64,000 nucleotides of DNA, taken from Octopus sinensis (Eukaryota). Position 1 is the stretch's first letter. Every line of letters begins with the position of its first letter. Below the pieces are notes generated by a model. It saw only the letters and a program-made list of their open reading frames with translations, had not been told where the DNA came from and ran no database searches. Both the position numbers and the translations under genes were made by a program. Below are positions 50,997 through 64,000 of the stretch, piece after piece. The stretch lies in contig NC_043019.1 of NCBI RefSeq assembly GCF_006345805.1, forward strand, positions 20,583,360 to 20,647,359. Direction: 5' to 3'.

Positions 50997-53118
50997 CATA
51001 TATATATATATATATATTTAAAATATATATGTATATATATAATATTATGTATGTTCATTTGTGAACCTAATAACTACTTTTGATTATATACATGTCTATA
51101 CATACACATGTATACACACATATATATATACACACATACGTTATTTATATATATGCATATATCACAGTCCTATTGAGGAAGGAACAGCAATAAGATGTAT
51201 AGCTATGGTGTTTCTCAGATCAAGTGACCGGGAGCTAAAAAAAAAATGATAAAAATAATGGCAGAGAGCCAGTTCATTAAACAGCTGGGACTAATCTAAT
51301 CAAATCTAATCTATCTAGAAAGCAGCAATAGTAGTAATAGTAGCAGTAATTAACTAAGTCTTTAGCACCACAGTAAACTACCCTCCCTCCCAAAAAACAA
51401 ACCAACCAATCAATGACTTGTCAAACCATCTCTTGAATACTTGTTACCAATCCCAGCGGAAAAGTCAGTAGCGTTTAGCTGAAGAATAATCTGAAGCAGG
51501 TGTATGGTCTAATTTGATGTATAACAGGTTTGTTTAATTGACTGAATATTCTTAGAATAGTGACAGTGAGCAGAAGAAATAGGGAATCCATTTCATGGGG
51601 TAACAGAAAACTCTAAATGGTGTTCTTAATATACGGCAAACTTTTTTTTCCAATTTATTTAAACGGTATGGTGCCTCTGACATGATTTATAACAATAGCT
51701 TTCAAGTCGAGCTGTTTACTTCAAAACTTAAAATAAAATTGAAAATGCAGCAGTAACTTTTATATTGACAAAAAAAAAAAAAAATAAAAAATAATATTCA
51801 TTAATCTTCAAATGGATTTCACCAGTATATTAATTAACAGCCATAATTGTATTTAAGAAAAAATGTATATATTTTAAATAGACATGATTTAGAAGATATC
51901 AAAATTGTATGACGATAATGGCTTGAATGACAAAGTGAGAATTTTAAAAATGGTTTCAGTAGAAAGATGTATATTTTAATTAATTGTACCCCTAATAGAT
52001 GGTTCCACATCTATTTGCTTTTTTTAATGACTTACAAATTAAAATAAAGGAATATATACAACATGCATGTACATATGTATACATGCACACACATACATAC
52101 ACATCTGTGTATACATATTATATACACATTTATGCATATATGTATGTATATATGTCCACACATATATGACCCTATTTTAAATACCCTGCTTTAAGGGAGT
52201 AAAAATAAACTGAAATACTCCAGAATGTACTTCACATTGTTAAACCTAACATGCAAGTTTATTTTTTTTCATACTAATTAAAAAGAGGAGGGAGGGGGGG
52301 TCAGTAAGGCAGCCAAGTGAAAGAGAAAAACATTTAACAAGATATGTCATCAAATGGTATTAGAGATAATTATTTAATCAAGGATCAAATCTCAAAATAC
52401 TTCCTAGTTTTGTTCTTTTCATAAAAAAAAAAAACCCAAAGTTTTACTTTCTTTTTTTGTTTTTTTTTTCTTCTTTAATACCAAATTCTTTAACAGAACA
52501 GACTTCTCCCACCCACCCCTCATTAACAATGTTACACACAGAAATATCTGTGCGGTTGTGTTTATCAACGATTCCTCAGAGTCTGTTTCACACACCTCAC
52601 TCTTGTGCCACTATCAGCAATAACTGTCGATGATCTAATAGGTAGGTAGATGCTGCCAAAATATCAGGTCTACTCGTTTCCCTGGCCCACTAATGGCACC
52701 ACAGCCATTCCAGCTTACCCTAGAAAGAAATGAAGACAAAAAATTAAAAATAGCCAAGTACAAAAATATTCCACATGTATTTTACAAAACAAGTTAAGTT
52801 TGTTTAATCAGTTAGAAAATAAACCCCTTCACACTTACAGTAAAAAAACTACTAACCATTTAGAAGACAGGGTACAAATAAAGCTGCACAATAAACTAGA
52901 CTGGCTTATGACAAAGAGTTGCTCTGATCAGTGGAACAGCCTGCTCGTGAAATTAAAGTGCAAGTGGCCAAGTACTTCATGTACATGTGTACCATTCATG
53001 TAGTTCTCAGAGAGACATGGTGGGATACAAATTGTGACAAGGCTAGCCCTTTAAATTACAGCTGAGAGGACTGGAGCAATGTGAAATAAAGGACACGACA
53101 TGCTGCTGGGAACAAAAC

Positions 53119-53177
<59 letters not shown>

Positions 53178-54931
53178 CCCAAGTCTTTTTGCAATTGAGG
53201 GTCTGCTCTTATAGGACTGGTGCCTGCACGTCTCATTAGAATTGGATTTTAAGGAATTTTTAATCAAAGTGAAAAAAGGCTAATGCAAGAACTTGTACAT
53301 TACTGTTCAACCTGCTAGAAATATCTACGAAAACTCTCTCAAATCATATTCTACTGTCTTAGAAAAGGCCACATTGGATGAGGTGATTCTGTGACGGGAA
53401 AAAGAGGAATTACACAGCTCAAGACTGCCTATGTATAAACAACAAATATACATACACACAATAACTATTTATATATTTTGTATTGTGTGACAGTTGTAAA
53501 TCATAGGTTAGACCAGTTCAATAATTAATTCACACTATTTGTAATGATGACGGTGACAAAGGACCATCTGTGCAACTTGGGTGGGACAACTATCAATCAT
53601 GGTATTTTGCATTCAAAAGCATTTCTTTCCACGTCTATGTTTATATTTTTTGCCATTGCACATCAAAGAGAGAGATAGACTAACCACCACCACCATGCAT
53701 TTAACGAGCTACATTTTTTGTCTACAAAATTCCATTTGTATGAAATCAGTGAACTGAAATCTATGGCAAAAGACTAATGGTGCAGCATACTGGGTTTAAC
53801 GAGGGGCCACATGGTGGTAGCAAAGTAAAATGCTTCAAATCATTGAAGCCTTGCACTGCAGCAACCATTTCTTCACTATATAAACAGAACAAAGGCAAGA
53901 AAATTATAGGTATATATAGATATATATATATATATACTTACAGAATATCCAGCCTTTCTTTTGGGGAGTCTACAAGGGAAAAAACAAAACAAAATCAATT
54001 TCATTCAAGTAAAAAAAAAGAAGAAAAAAAAAAAAGAATTTAATAAAAATCTCAAAAAAAAAAAAAAAAAAGAGAGAGAGATAAACACAAATCCATATGT
54101 TGCTATTAATGGTAAAATGGTAAATGAATAATGTTTAATGAGATCAACAGGATGTTGCTGAATTATAAAATATGAGTTAGCCAAAATAATGAGAAAAGAC
54201 AAAGATGGTTTAAATTAAGAGATGAACAAATGATTGTTATTGTTAGGCTACCCCAACAAATGATTGCTTCATGTGTTTGTGTATTGTGTATCCGAGAATG
54301 GCATTACATTTATTCCTTCATTATGATAATTTCAACAGTACATATATTATTGGTTTCAAATTTTGTCACAAGGCCAGAAGATTTGGAAGAGAAGCTAAGT
54401 CGATTAAATCAACCCCAGTGGTCAACTGGTACTTATTTTATCAAACACCGAAAAGATGAAAGGCAAAGTCAACCTCGGCAGAATTTAAACTTAGAATGTG
54501 AAGACAGATGAAATGCCGTTAAGCATTTTGGCTGGCATCTTAATGATTCTGCCTGCTGACTACCTTAAAGGATCATGTAATATCACCACATACATGTGTT
54601 CCATGTTCATCTTGTCAAGCAAAGTCAAGACTTTTTCTGCATGTAACCACATGTAATACACTGTAATAGTAGACAATCATTTATATTCATGATGTATCCA
54701 AACCCTGTATTGTTGAAACAATTGTAATGAAAGGAATAAATGTGATACCATCACCACCAGTTTTGAATATGCTATATCAGACTCTACAACCAACAAATTC
54801 TCCCTGGAATTTCAATGTGTATGGAATGATTTCCTTTAACGTCCATTTCTATGCACATTAAAGCCAGCATTTCTGAGAGTACAACCTGAGGAAACTACTT
54901 GGATTTCTAAATCCTCTTTAACCCAAAATAT

Positions 54932-54975
<44 letters not shown>

Positions 54976-56061
54976 TATATATTGGCCTGCTCGCTTAGCC
55001 AGCGGGGTGGCATCATTTGAAGGCTAAAACAATGCGAAGCACATTGTGACCAGCGATGTGTAACAACATCTGATGGTCTGGTCGGTCACGTGATATATAT
55101 ATATATATATATATTGCTAAATTTTATTCGATTATTTATTGTTAAAACACAATAAATGAAAATGACTGGTGACTGAACAGATTTAAATGAAGTGGTTTAA
55201 CGAAAAACAAACTTAGATGAGGTTAATGGTTTGAAAGAAATTATTGCAATCACTCATTTCAGAAATGCATAGATAGATCAGAGAATACCCAAAATATTGA
55301 TATTGATGTATTTGTTCAAACTAAGGTTTGGGGGAAATACAACCAGCTGAAACTGAAGCTTTGAAGAGATAATTAAACACACACACAAACAAACATGAAA
55401 TAAAAGCCTGTCAAATGGAATGAAGATGAAAATTAGTATAATGAGGGGGTGAAAAGACAATAATAGAATATAGAAATGTAATTAACAAACACATTATAAC
55501 TGACCCTACCATACAACAATGCTATAGATCTCATCCTTCATTGAGTAAGTAACCACTGATAACACACAAAAAAACAAAATAAAACAAAATAGAGTAATCA
55601 GCTGAACACTCAAATGGGCAGAGTTCAGCATCTTGACAGGCAAACCAAGACGGAAGACCTAGTAATACAACAGTCATTTGGCTGGTACCTCACCACCATT
55701 ATATTATGTGTGGCTGCTACACACCTCAAATAAGTAAAAATGAGAAAAAAATAATAAAGAACACAAACCAATAAAGGCACAAAAGAACTCACAGATTCGG
55801 GGAAAAAGAACAGTTAATTAGAATACTCTTAGTCCTTAATTTATTGCCGCTGGAAGGAAGAGGAGCATAATTGACTTTGTTGGGATTTGAAATCAGAATG
55901 TGCTAGTCTGTTGCAATGTTGCTGGAACTGATTTACAGTTGATTGGGACCGGAGCAATGTGAAATGAAATGTTTACCTCAAGAACACTATGCACTGCCTG
56001 GCCTGGGAATTGAAACCACAATCTTATGATCATGAGTGCAACACCTTAATCACTACACCAT

Positions 56062-56295
56062 ATGGCCATGGGCATAGTGGTTAAGAGCACGGGCTGCTAA
56101 CCCCAAGATTCCGAGTTTGATTCCAGGCAGTGACCTGAATAATAACAACATTGAAAAATACCTTAGGAATGAGAACGCAGGTTCGAAATTTCCCCCAAGA
56201 CACCTGGTGAAGGCTGGAGGGTATATCAGCCGAAACATTGTGTTAACAACAAACAAAATGAGGACAAATATCCATCAAATGTAAATAATTCCTCA
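56062..56295 (+). mobile_element. tRNA-Ser(GCT)-headed, hammerhead-bearing SINE-like element
   Basis: AGTGGTTAAGAGCACGGG-CT-GCT-AA-CCCC...GAGTTTGATTCC head; hammerhead-like segment at 56199-56244. Confidence 0.8.
56199..56244 (+). ncRNA. Degenerate minimal type I hammerhead (sister copies 49545-49590(+) and about 49238-49283(-))
   Basis: Combining three copies gives GACAC-CTGATGA-A-GGCTG(GAGGGTATAT)CAGCC-GAAA-CG-TT^GTGTT. Each individual copy has 1-3 core changes. Confidence 0.65.
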
Positions 56296-58293
56296 AGCCA
56301 ATATGAGAGTTTCTTTCATAGTAACTACCATAGTATAGTTTGTTCTAACAGAACATCCACCATTTAAGTGAGGATAAATATTTGTTATATGTTGTTAAAT
56401 ACTTTGGTCTAATTTTATTGATTTTGTGCCCAAGTGGTTCAAGAAAACATTCATTAAAGCTAAAATGGTTTCCAGTGAAAAACTGATGAAAAACCTGTTT
56501 TAAATGAATGTCACTGATGGATAGAGGAAAAAAAAAGAAAAAAAAAAAAAGAATGTGATGGTGAAATGAATTGTTGGTTGATGTTGAAAACAAAATAAAA
56601 TTTAAGACAGCAATATGCAACATTTTTTACTTTTTATAGAATTAGTAAGTAAACAAATAAATAACAACAAAAAAATGATTAAAAGGAAATAATACCATAC
56701 CATGCAACGGTGCACAAGCAAGTGATCAGTGATTAAAGCTAGATAAACACTGCTCTAAACCAACAGGCGTTTTAAGCCGGACTTTGACAGACACTTCCAG
56801 TCAAGTTGTTGGGGATGGGAAGAAATAAGGGACTAAAAATGTTTTACAACTGCAAAGCAAAATGAGACCCAATAAGGACAAGCCCACCAAGTTGTGACAA
56901 AATCCTGAGAAAGATACTAACTATCCTTTAAGCAAAACCTGATAACTGCATCATAGTCCGTGACTAAAGATGATATACAATTAAATGGTGCCAGGTTAAC
57001 TGTACAGCAACTCTTAACTAAACATTCCTGTCTTTCTGTCTTTGATTCTTTCTGTATCTCATATGTCCCTCCATTGCTGTTGGTCAACACCACTGTAGAC
57101 CATGGGGCCACAGTGTTGCATCAACTGTTCACTAGGAATTCATTGCTAACCTTACATAAACCTCTTCACGAGGTTTCAGGAATTCACCAACATCTCATTA
57201 CAACCAATTCTATAGTTCCTGCTAGTAACTGAGAACTACTACTTGTCTGTAAGCAATAATCTGCAGCTAGATCCAGCTACAGATTAGCAACATCAACTTT
57301 AGTCCAAGAAAGCAGGCTATTTTTCTTCCTTATACTAAATAAGTGTTTGTAACATATTGCACATAACCTCTTATTTAGAATAAGAGGTTAGTCAATTATA
57401 TTGACTCTAATACTTTATTTTATTACCTTCTGGAAAGTTAACCATGGCAGGATTTCAAAATGAAATGAAGAACCAGAACAATAGCATAAGGCATTATTTT
57501 GTCTGGTGATCTAAGCATTTTTACTAACTTCGAAATAAAAACATACTTCTAAAAAAAGAGTATCACTCCTCTCCATTCCAGTTTATTACTGGTACATATT
57601 TTACAAATTATGAAGAGATGAACACCAAAATGTGACAACTATAGCGTTTCTGCCCCAGGTGTCACTCAAGAAATAGCAACTAAATCTTCAATACAATCTA
57701 CTATATCAACAAGAAAAAAAGAGTCTTCATACAATGCCTGAATAACTGACAGGAATAGTAATGGTAGGAACATACTTGATTATAGGTTTCCTTGATTATT
57801 GCTAACTCGGGGTTAAATAAATAACAAGGAAATCTACAAGACTGTAGTCTTAGATAGACAATAGACCTCTCACTCCAAAGGATAGCCAAAATTAAAGTGA
57901 CACAGATATTGGTCCTGCAGGATCGAGGCTGGCCTAGGGCTAAACAACAACTAAATATCGAGCTAATGAGGGTACATCAATCTGTGAGAAACAGCAGCTG
58001 AATCTCCCTCAAGTTACATCCTACCATCTTACAGAGAAGGACACATTGGATAACATTCTAGCTAATCCTATATGAAAACAGGATGGTCATGGCTGGAGTG
58101 CCTCCGACGATCAGGTTGTCTACAGCTGAAAGCAAGATCTGTAAAAAAAAAAGTAACAACTGTGTGTTGAGGTTGCGAGAGGAGGAGGGGATGACACTGC
58201 AACCTCTTTGTGTGGAACAACATTAATGCTAGCTCTAAAGCATGAACAAGTGTTGTGGAAAGCCATGTGGTAACAAGAGCAACATTTACCCAG

Positions 58294-58340
<47 letters not shown>

Positions 58341-59161
58341 CAACAATTTGGAAACAAAACAATTTGCTAAACCTACTGAATTTTATGCTTATATAATCCT
58401 GTATCTCCCCTACAGCAAGACACCTGTGCTGGTGTCTCTATCCTACTTTAGCCCTCAACACTGGGCAAAAAGCCACCCTTTCTTCTCTCAAATACACTCT
58501 CTAAGTTGAGGGCATGTTTTTCTTTTTTTGTCTTGCAAACTACTTGGTGTCCTCAACAAGTGTCACAAAAAAAAAAGCACCCAGTACACATTGTAAAGTG
58601 GTTGGCATTAGGAAAGGGCATCTAACCATAGAGACCAGGCTAAAGCTGACATCAAAACCTCTATAAATGGCTGATGATTGCTCAACATTTTAAAACTGAT
58701 GTAATACTTACAATGTTTAATAAAATGATGTAGTGTGAAACGATCGTACCAAATTACTGAAGAGTCTAATTCAGCTCCTTGGGACCCTGACAAACTGTCC
58801 AACCCACGCCAGCATGGAGAATGGATGTTAAATGATGATGATACACAGTAAAGTATATTACCTATTCAAAGTATAGCGAATCACTTTCCACCATAATAAT
58901 GGTCACTGTTTTTTTAGGTCTATGTCCACCAAAGCAGAATTGGAATGAATTCATTTAATTCTTCACTATATTTCAAATAATAGTCTCTGCTGTGTGTCTG
59001 TGTTTCAGTTAATTTGGATTAACAGAATCAAAGATTTGAAGACACTTTGTAAACTACAAGTAATTCAGACTGGACAGTCAAACTGTCATCTCAAATAGTT
59101 TTGTGTGTGTGTGTGTACAGGGAATCCTGATTTTGACCTCTGGATTTTTGAAAATTTAAAG

Positions 59162-59328
59162 AGGCGCAGAAGTGGCTGTGTGGTAAGTAGCTTGCTAATC
59201 AACCACATGGTTCCGGGTTCAGTCTCACTGTGTGGCACCTTGGGCAAGTGTCTTCTGCTATAGCCCCGGGCCGACCAATGCCTTGTAAGTGGATTTGGTA
59301 GATGGAAACTGAAAGCCTGTCATGTATA

Positions 59329-59360
<32 letters not shown>

Positions 59361-59570
59361 GTGTGTGTGTATACGTTTGTCCCCCCAACATTGCTTGACA
59401 ACCGATGCTGGTGTGTTTACGTCCCTGTCACTAAGCGGTTCGGCAAAAGAGACTGATACAATAAGTACTGGGCTTACAAAGAATAAGTCCCGGGGTCGAT
59501 TTGCTCGACTAAAGGCGGTGCTCCAGCATGGCCGCAGTCAAATGACTGAAACAAGTAAAAGAGAGAGAGT
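59162..59570 (+). mobile_element. Near full-length SINE S1 copy
   Basis: Reverse complement of the 15079-15441 and 5051-5439 copies. Confidence 0.8.
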
Positions 59571-60233
59571 ATGAAAATCAAACAGATCAGTCTGGAGCAC
59601 TGCTTGTAAGTAACTTTTGCATTATTTGACTGATGTTAAAGGACCAAAAAAGAAAAAAAAAAAAAAAGAAAAAAACAACAGTGAAGTGGAGTGGGGGATA
59701 GGCATAAAATTACGAAACAGAGGTAGTGGAAGGAAGTTCCATCAGATGTTAACATAAAAGGGAAAAGGAGCATAGGTTACAAAAGAGATTTGTGGTTTGG
59801 AATTAATCAGAGGGAATAATTTTGTATAATAAAACTGAAGGGATCAGTAGGTTTGAGAGACAGGAGGTTGAAGTTTAGATCAAAATAATTTAAAGCATTA
59901 AAAAAAAAAAAAAAAAAAAAAAATCAAACAAAAAAAAAATCCCAACCCAACAGAAACTACGAAATTATTCTAAGTTAGTCAGGTGTGAGATAACAGTAAT
60001 AGCAAGATTATAACACAATGATTAAACAATTATATGCTAAAAGAAACAGTGTCAAAATCACATTTACACGGAGAAGGATGAAAGCAATTGGCTCAGTTTT
60101 TAATAGAAATAGTAGAAAATGAAATGATGTTGACATCCATTCTTTCAAAATAAGAAACACTAACTTTCTTCTTTTATCAAGCTCATTGAAATATTCTCAG
60201 TAATGTTCTCGATATTTTGGAAAAATATTGGAT

Positions 60234-60883
60234 CAGTGGTTCTCAACCATTTTTTTGCCTATGGAACCCCCTTTATTCTTATTTTACTCTACTGGACCTC
60301 CCGTAGCCATTCACAGTATAAATATAATAATTATTTGAGGGAGTATAAATCCAAACTTACAGGGAAAAAAATTCAATTTAGAAATACTAAATCAAGTTTC
60401 ACACAATATTATATAAAAAATTAGAAAAAAACCACCTTTTATCAATTCAAAATAAACAATTAAATTACACCATCTAGAAAATTACATATAATAGAAATAT
60501 CAAAATTAAAATAACAATAAAATATCAATGATTAAGTAAATTGCAAAAGAAATAATAAAAACATAATTATATACGTTTTTATTTTTTTTTGTGCAATTTA
60601 CTTAATCATTGATATTTCATTGTTATTTTAATTTTAATATTTCTATTATATGTAATTTTCTAGATGGTGTAATTTAATTGTTCATTTTGAATTGATAAAA
60701 GGTGTTTTTTTCTTATATATATATATATATAGTTATATAAATCTTGCTGTATTTTTGTAATTAAATATTAGGAATTGTATAAAAAAAATTAAAATATTTT
60801 CTGTATTGCAAAAGTATACTAAATTTATTGCACATAAGTCTGAACAATAAAAATCTTATCTGGACCATGGTTGAGAACCACTA
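60234..60883. mobile_element. hAT-type MITE containing a long internal palindrome
   Basis: TIRs CAGTGGTTCTCAACCAT / ATGGTTGAGAACCACTA; 8-bp flanks tattggat and gattagat (degenerate TSD). Confidence 0.75.
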
Positions 60884-62883
60884 GATTAGATTAACAGATT
60901 ATGCCAGATTGTTAACAAGAGTTGTCCCAACAACTGAAATAGTTCCAGCATATCTCAAACATTAATGATAATATTTAAATGATCTCAATAATGTGTGTAT
61001 ACTTTGGTAATACATGTGGCAATGTAGCAGACCAAACCAATTTGTTCTTGTCAAAAGCTTATATTTTCCAGACATATTTTTGCGGATATAAATATTTTTT
61101 GTTTGGTATCCTCAGTGGACCCTTCTAGTGAAAAGGGGGACAGTAGGGATGGGGTTTGTTTCTCCATTGGCTCTTAACTAGTAGTTCTAGAGCAGTACTG
61201 GTAACATGTAACCCAGAACAACTTGTTGCACAGTCCGGCGGTTAACAACTTAACTGGCAACACCGCCAAGTCTGTTTGGTAAGTAGGGTGGATTTTGGAC
61301 CCCCCGTGGGATGAAAAGGGTGGGTAAGTCATCAGCTATACAATTACATGATAGATTGACTGATGGATAGATGAAGTTTCTGGTTTGGTACCCAGGTGTG
61401 CATTTAGCCTAACAAGGTGTGTTGAACTCAAAGCCATAAAGGAGGCAACTCCGCAGAGACAGTAAACTCCAATAGGAAAGAAGTATGTTATTCATAGAGT
61501 TTGTGGAATCCTGCTCATAGCATTTCCGAAAATGAATCATCTGTGTGGTTAGCCTTACAGCCAGAGGGTGTTGGGCCTTCATATGCAGAGATGGATGAGA
61601 GAGTCTTACTGTATGGCACCTAGGAAAAAGTGTCTTCCACTATAGCTCCAGGCTGACCAAAGCCTTGTGCATGGATTTAGTAGATGGAAACTGAAAGAAG
61701 CCCAATATATGTTTATTTGTGTGTGCAGATGAATATGATAGATATAACACTGCAGATAAATACACAAGTCTACATATGTGAAGAAGTCCTACTCTGGGGT
61801 GTTGTTGAAAGGGTAGTTCCTGACACTTGTTTCTGTATCCCTAACTCTACAGTAGAGATGTCAAGAGGTGATAGCTTTACACATATGAAGTCATACAAAT
61901 CCACAATTTTTCAGTTAGAGGGCTCGCACTTTCTATGGTCATTCAAAATATCCAAGGGTGGTCATGCACATCTTTACATTTCCCCAGTCACCCACCAAAG
62001 CCTTTGAAAAATCAATAGAAGTGACTTTTTGGAGAATTTTCTATCCAAAACCCAATCTTAAAATGCCCGAAACTTGATACATCAATTGAAAGCTTGCTAG
62101 CTGTATGTAATTGGTCGGAGATTTGGACAGTACTCGCGTGTATGTGTGCATGCACTAGCACTATTACCCGGCGTTGCCGGGTCATAGTGCTAGTATATAC
62201 GATTGACTCCCCTGACGAAGATGTATGAGCATTCAGCTTTTGCCCAACGACCTGCACAAATGATTTGTTTATAGTGATTAAATGCTCATGCTGCACATTA
62301 GCTCACTCTCTCCAGCAAAATAATGTTGTTTGCATGAGTGCACTGTGTACCATTTGTCAGGTGCTGAAGCGATTGCAGGGCAACGCGAGATGACATGTTT
62401 TGTTCAAGAACACAACGCACCAACCAGTCTAGGAAATGAAATCCCAACCATTAGACTATGAGTGCAACACCCTAACAACTAAGCCATGCGCCCTCACTTA
62501 TTATAAGATTAGAAAATATATTGTTTTTATATTTGTATTGCAAGATCTTTAATGAATTGTGTGCTGAAATAAATGTAATAGGGAGGATCATTTAGCCAAC
62601 AAAGCAACATGCACAGGTTCAATTTCAGTTCTTCAGTCACCTAGGTAATGGGATAAATTGTTTGGTCAATTAATGAGTTGCTTCATTGGAGTCTGTCACC
62701 TTAGTGATGTGACTACATCTACTCAACATCTGTCACAAGACCATCTTGTACTAGAAGTGGAGTAAATGATATGGGTATCACATGGATAGGATCACAGTTG
62801 CAATGAGACAACTAAATGATTGCTCAAACCATTGGTAAGGTAAACTTGATTATTTGATTCATAATGAATATATACACACAATA

Positions 62884-62943
<60 letters not shown>

Positions 62944-63000
62944 TTTTGGATTTGGTTTGCAAGATTCTTTATGCAAGCTCATGTGTTGAAGCATATTCTA

Positions 63001-63279
63001 TTGTGTCTGGAGAGAGTTATTTTCTTTTAGTGCCTTATTATTTAACACATTCACCGGTGAAATTTCCTTCTTTGGTTTTCTAAAATTTCCATTGCGTCTT
63101 GCAACCTTTTCAATAGTTACTGACTCTGTGAATAATGGACAGGGTCAACAAATATTTAAAAGGTTGCAAGATGCATCGAAAATTTTTTTTAAATAATGGA
63201 AGAAATGAGTGGAAATTTTACTGGTGAGTGTATTAAATTATAAGGCACTGAAAGCGAATGAATCTCCCCAGACACAACC
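63001..63279. mobile_element. Foldback element embedded in (TA)n; internally deleted relative at about 39150-39216
   Basis: Imperfect inverted arms, e.g. tgcgtcttgcaacctttt/aaaaggttgcaagatgca and ttgtgtctgg/ccagacacaa. Confidence 0.65.
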
Positions 63280-63321
<42 letters not shown>

Positions 63322-63646
63322 CTATATATATACCTATATATACACACACACATATATTGTATTTTGGGATGGTCATAACTACATTACAATAAATGATTTG
63401 TTGTAATTCATTATGGAGAACGTCTTCCTGATGAAGGGGACATTATTGACCCAGATAAATTATATTTTCAAACTTTCTTACCTTACTAAAATGTACTCGA
63501 GAAACAGCCGTGAAATGGCCCTCCTCTAAACTACACTTTGTTTCTGAATTTACCTCTTTAATTATAAATGTATGTGTGTGTATATATATATATATATATA
63601 CACACAAACATACATGTATACACATGTAGATATATACATATGTACA

Positions 63647-63706
<60 letters not shown>

Positions 63707-64000
63707 TATATATATATATATATATTGTGTGTACACTGAACACACGCACATTATATATATATATAATATAAAGTTTAAATGTATATACACGTTCAATATA
63801 TTATATATATATATATAACTATACATATTTAATGATTTTAAAAAAAATCAATTTATAAATTTACACAATATATTTGATGTATCAAATATTAACATATAAA
63901 GGTCTTTTTAAGGATAGACAGTCAATAACAAAACATGTAACCTGAATTATTGAAACAAAAATTAGAAATGTTTTTGTTCGTTTTAGAACTCAGAAAGTGC

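Overview
AT-rich, repeat-dense animal genomic DNA. The SINE/MITE repertoire and microsatellite load suggest an octopus or other coleoid cephalopod (inference). The only protein-coding gene I can support is mitochondrial FAD-dependent glycerol-3-phosphate dehydrogenase (GPD2) on the minus strand. Seven coding exons (15755 to 892, about 321 codons, all GT-AG, frame preserved) lie in the window, and the gene continues beyond base 1. A CpG-rich patch at about 38.6-39.95 kb is the best candidate for its promoter and non-coding first exon. The rest is intronic or intergenic and contains tRNA-derived SINEs, piggyBac-, pogo-, hAT- and Merlin-like MITEs, Helitron-like elements, decayed LINEs (RTE, CR1/L2, R4/Dong, L1/Tx1), mariner and gypsy fragments, and a 62-bp satellite with higher-order structure. 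The most notable signal is a set of minimal type-I hammerhead ribozyme motifs in several unrelated short elements. Two near-intact motifs sit in tandem beside a decayed Penelope-like GIY-YIG fragment (20.6-21.5 kb). A tRNA-Ser(GCT)-headed SINE-like element also carries a hammerhead and occurs head-to-head with Pol III-type heads at both of its loci (49.2-49.7 kb and 56.0-56.3 kb). Repeat boundaries were read by eye and are approximate unless TIRs or TSDs are quoted.
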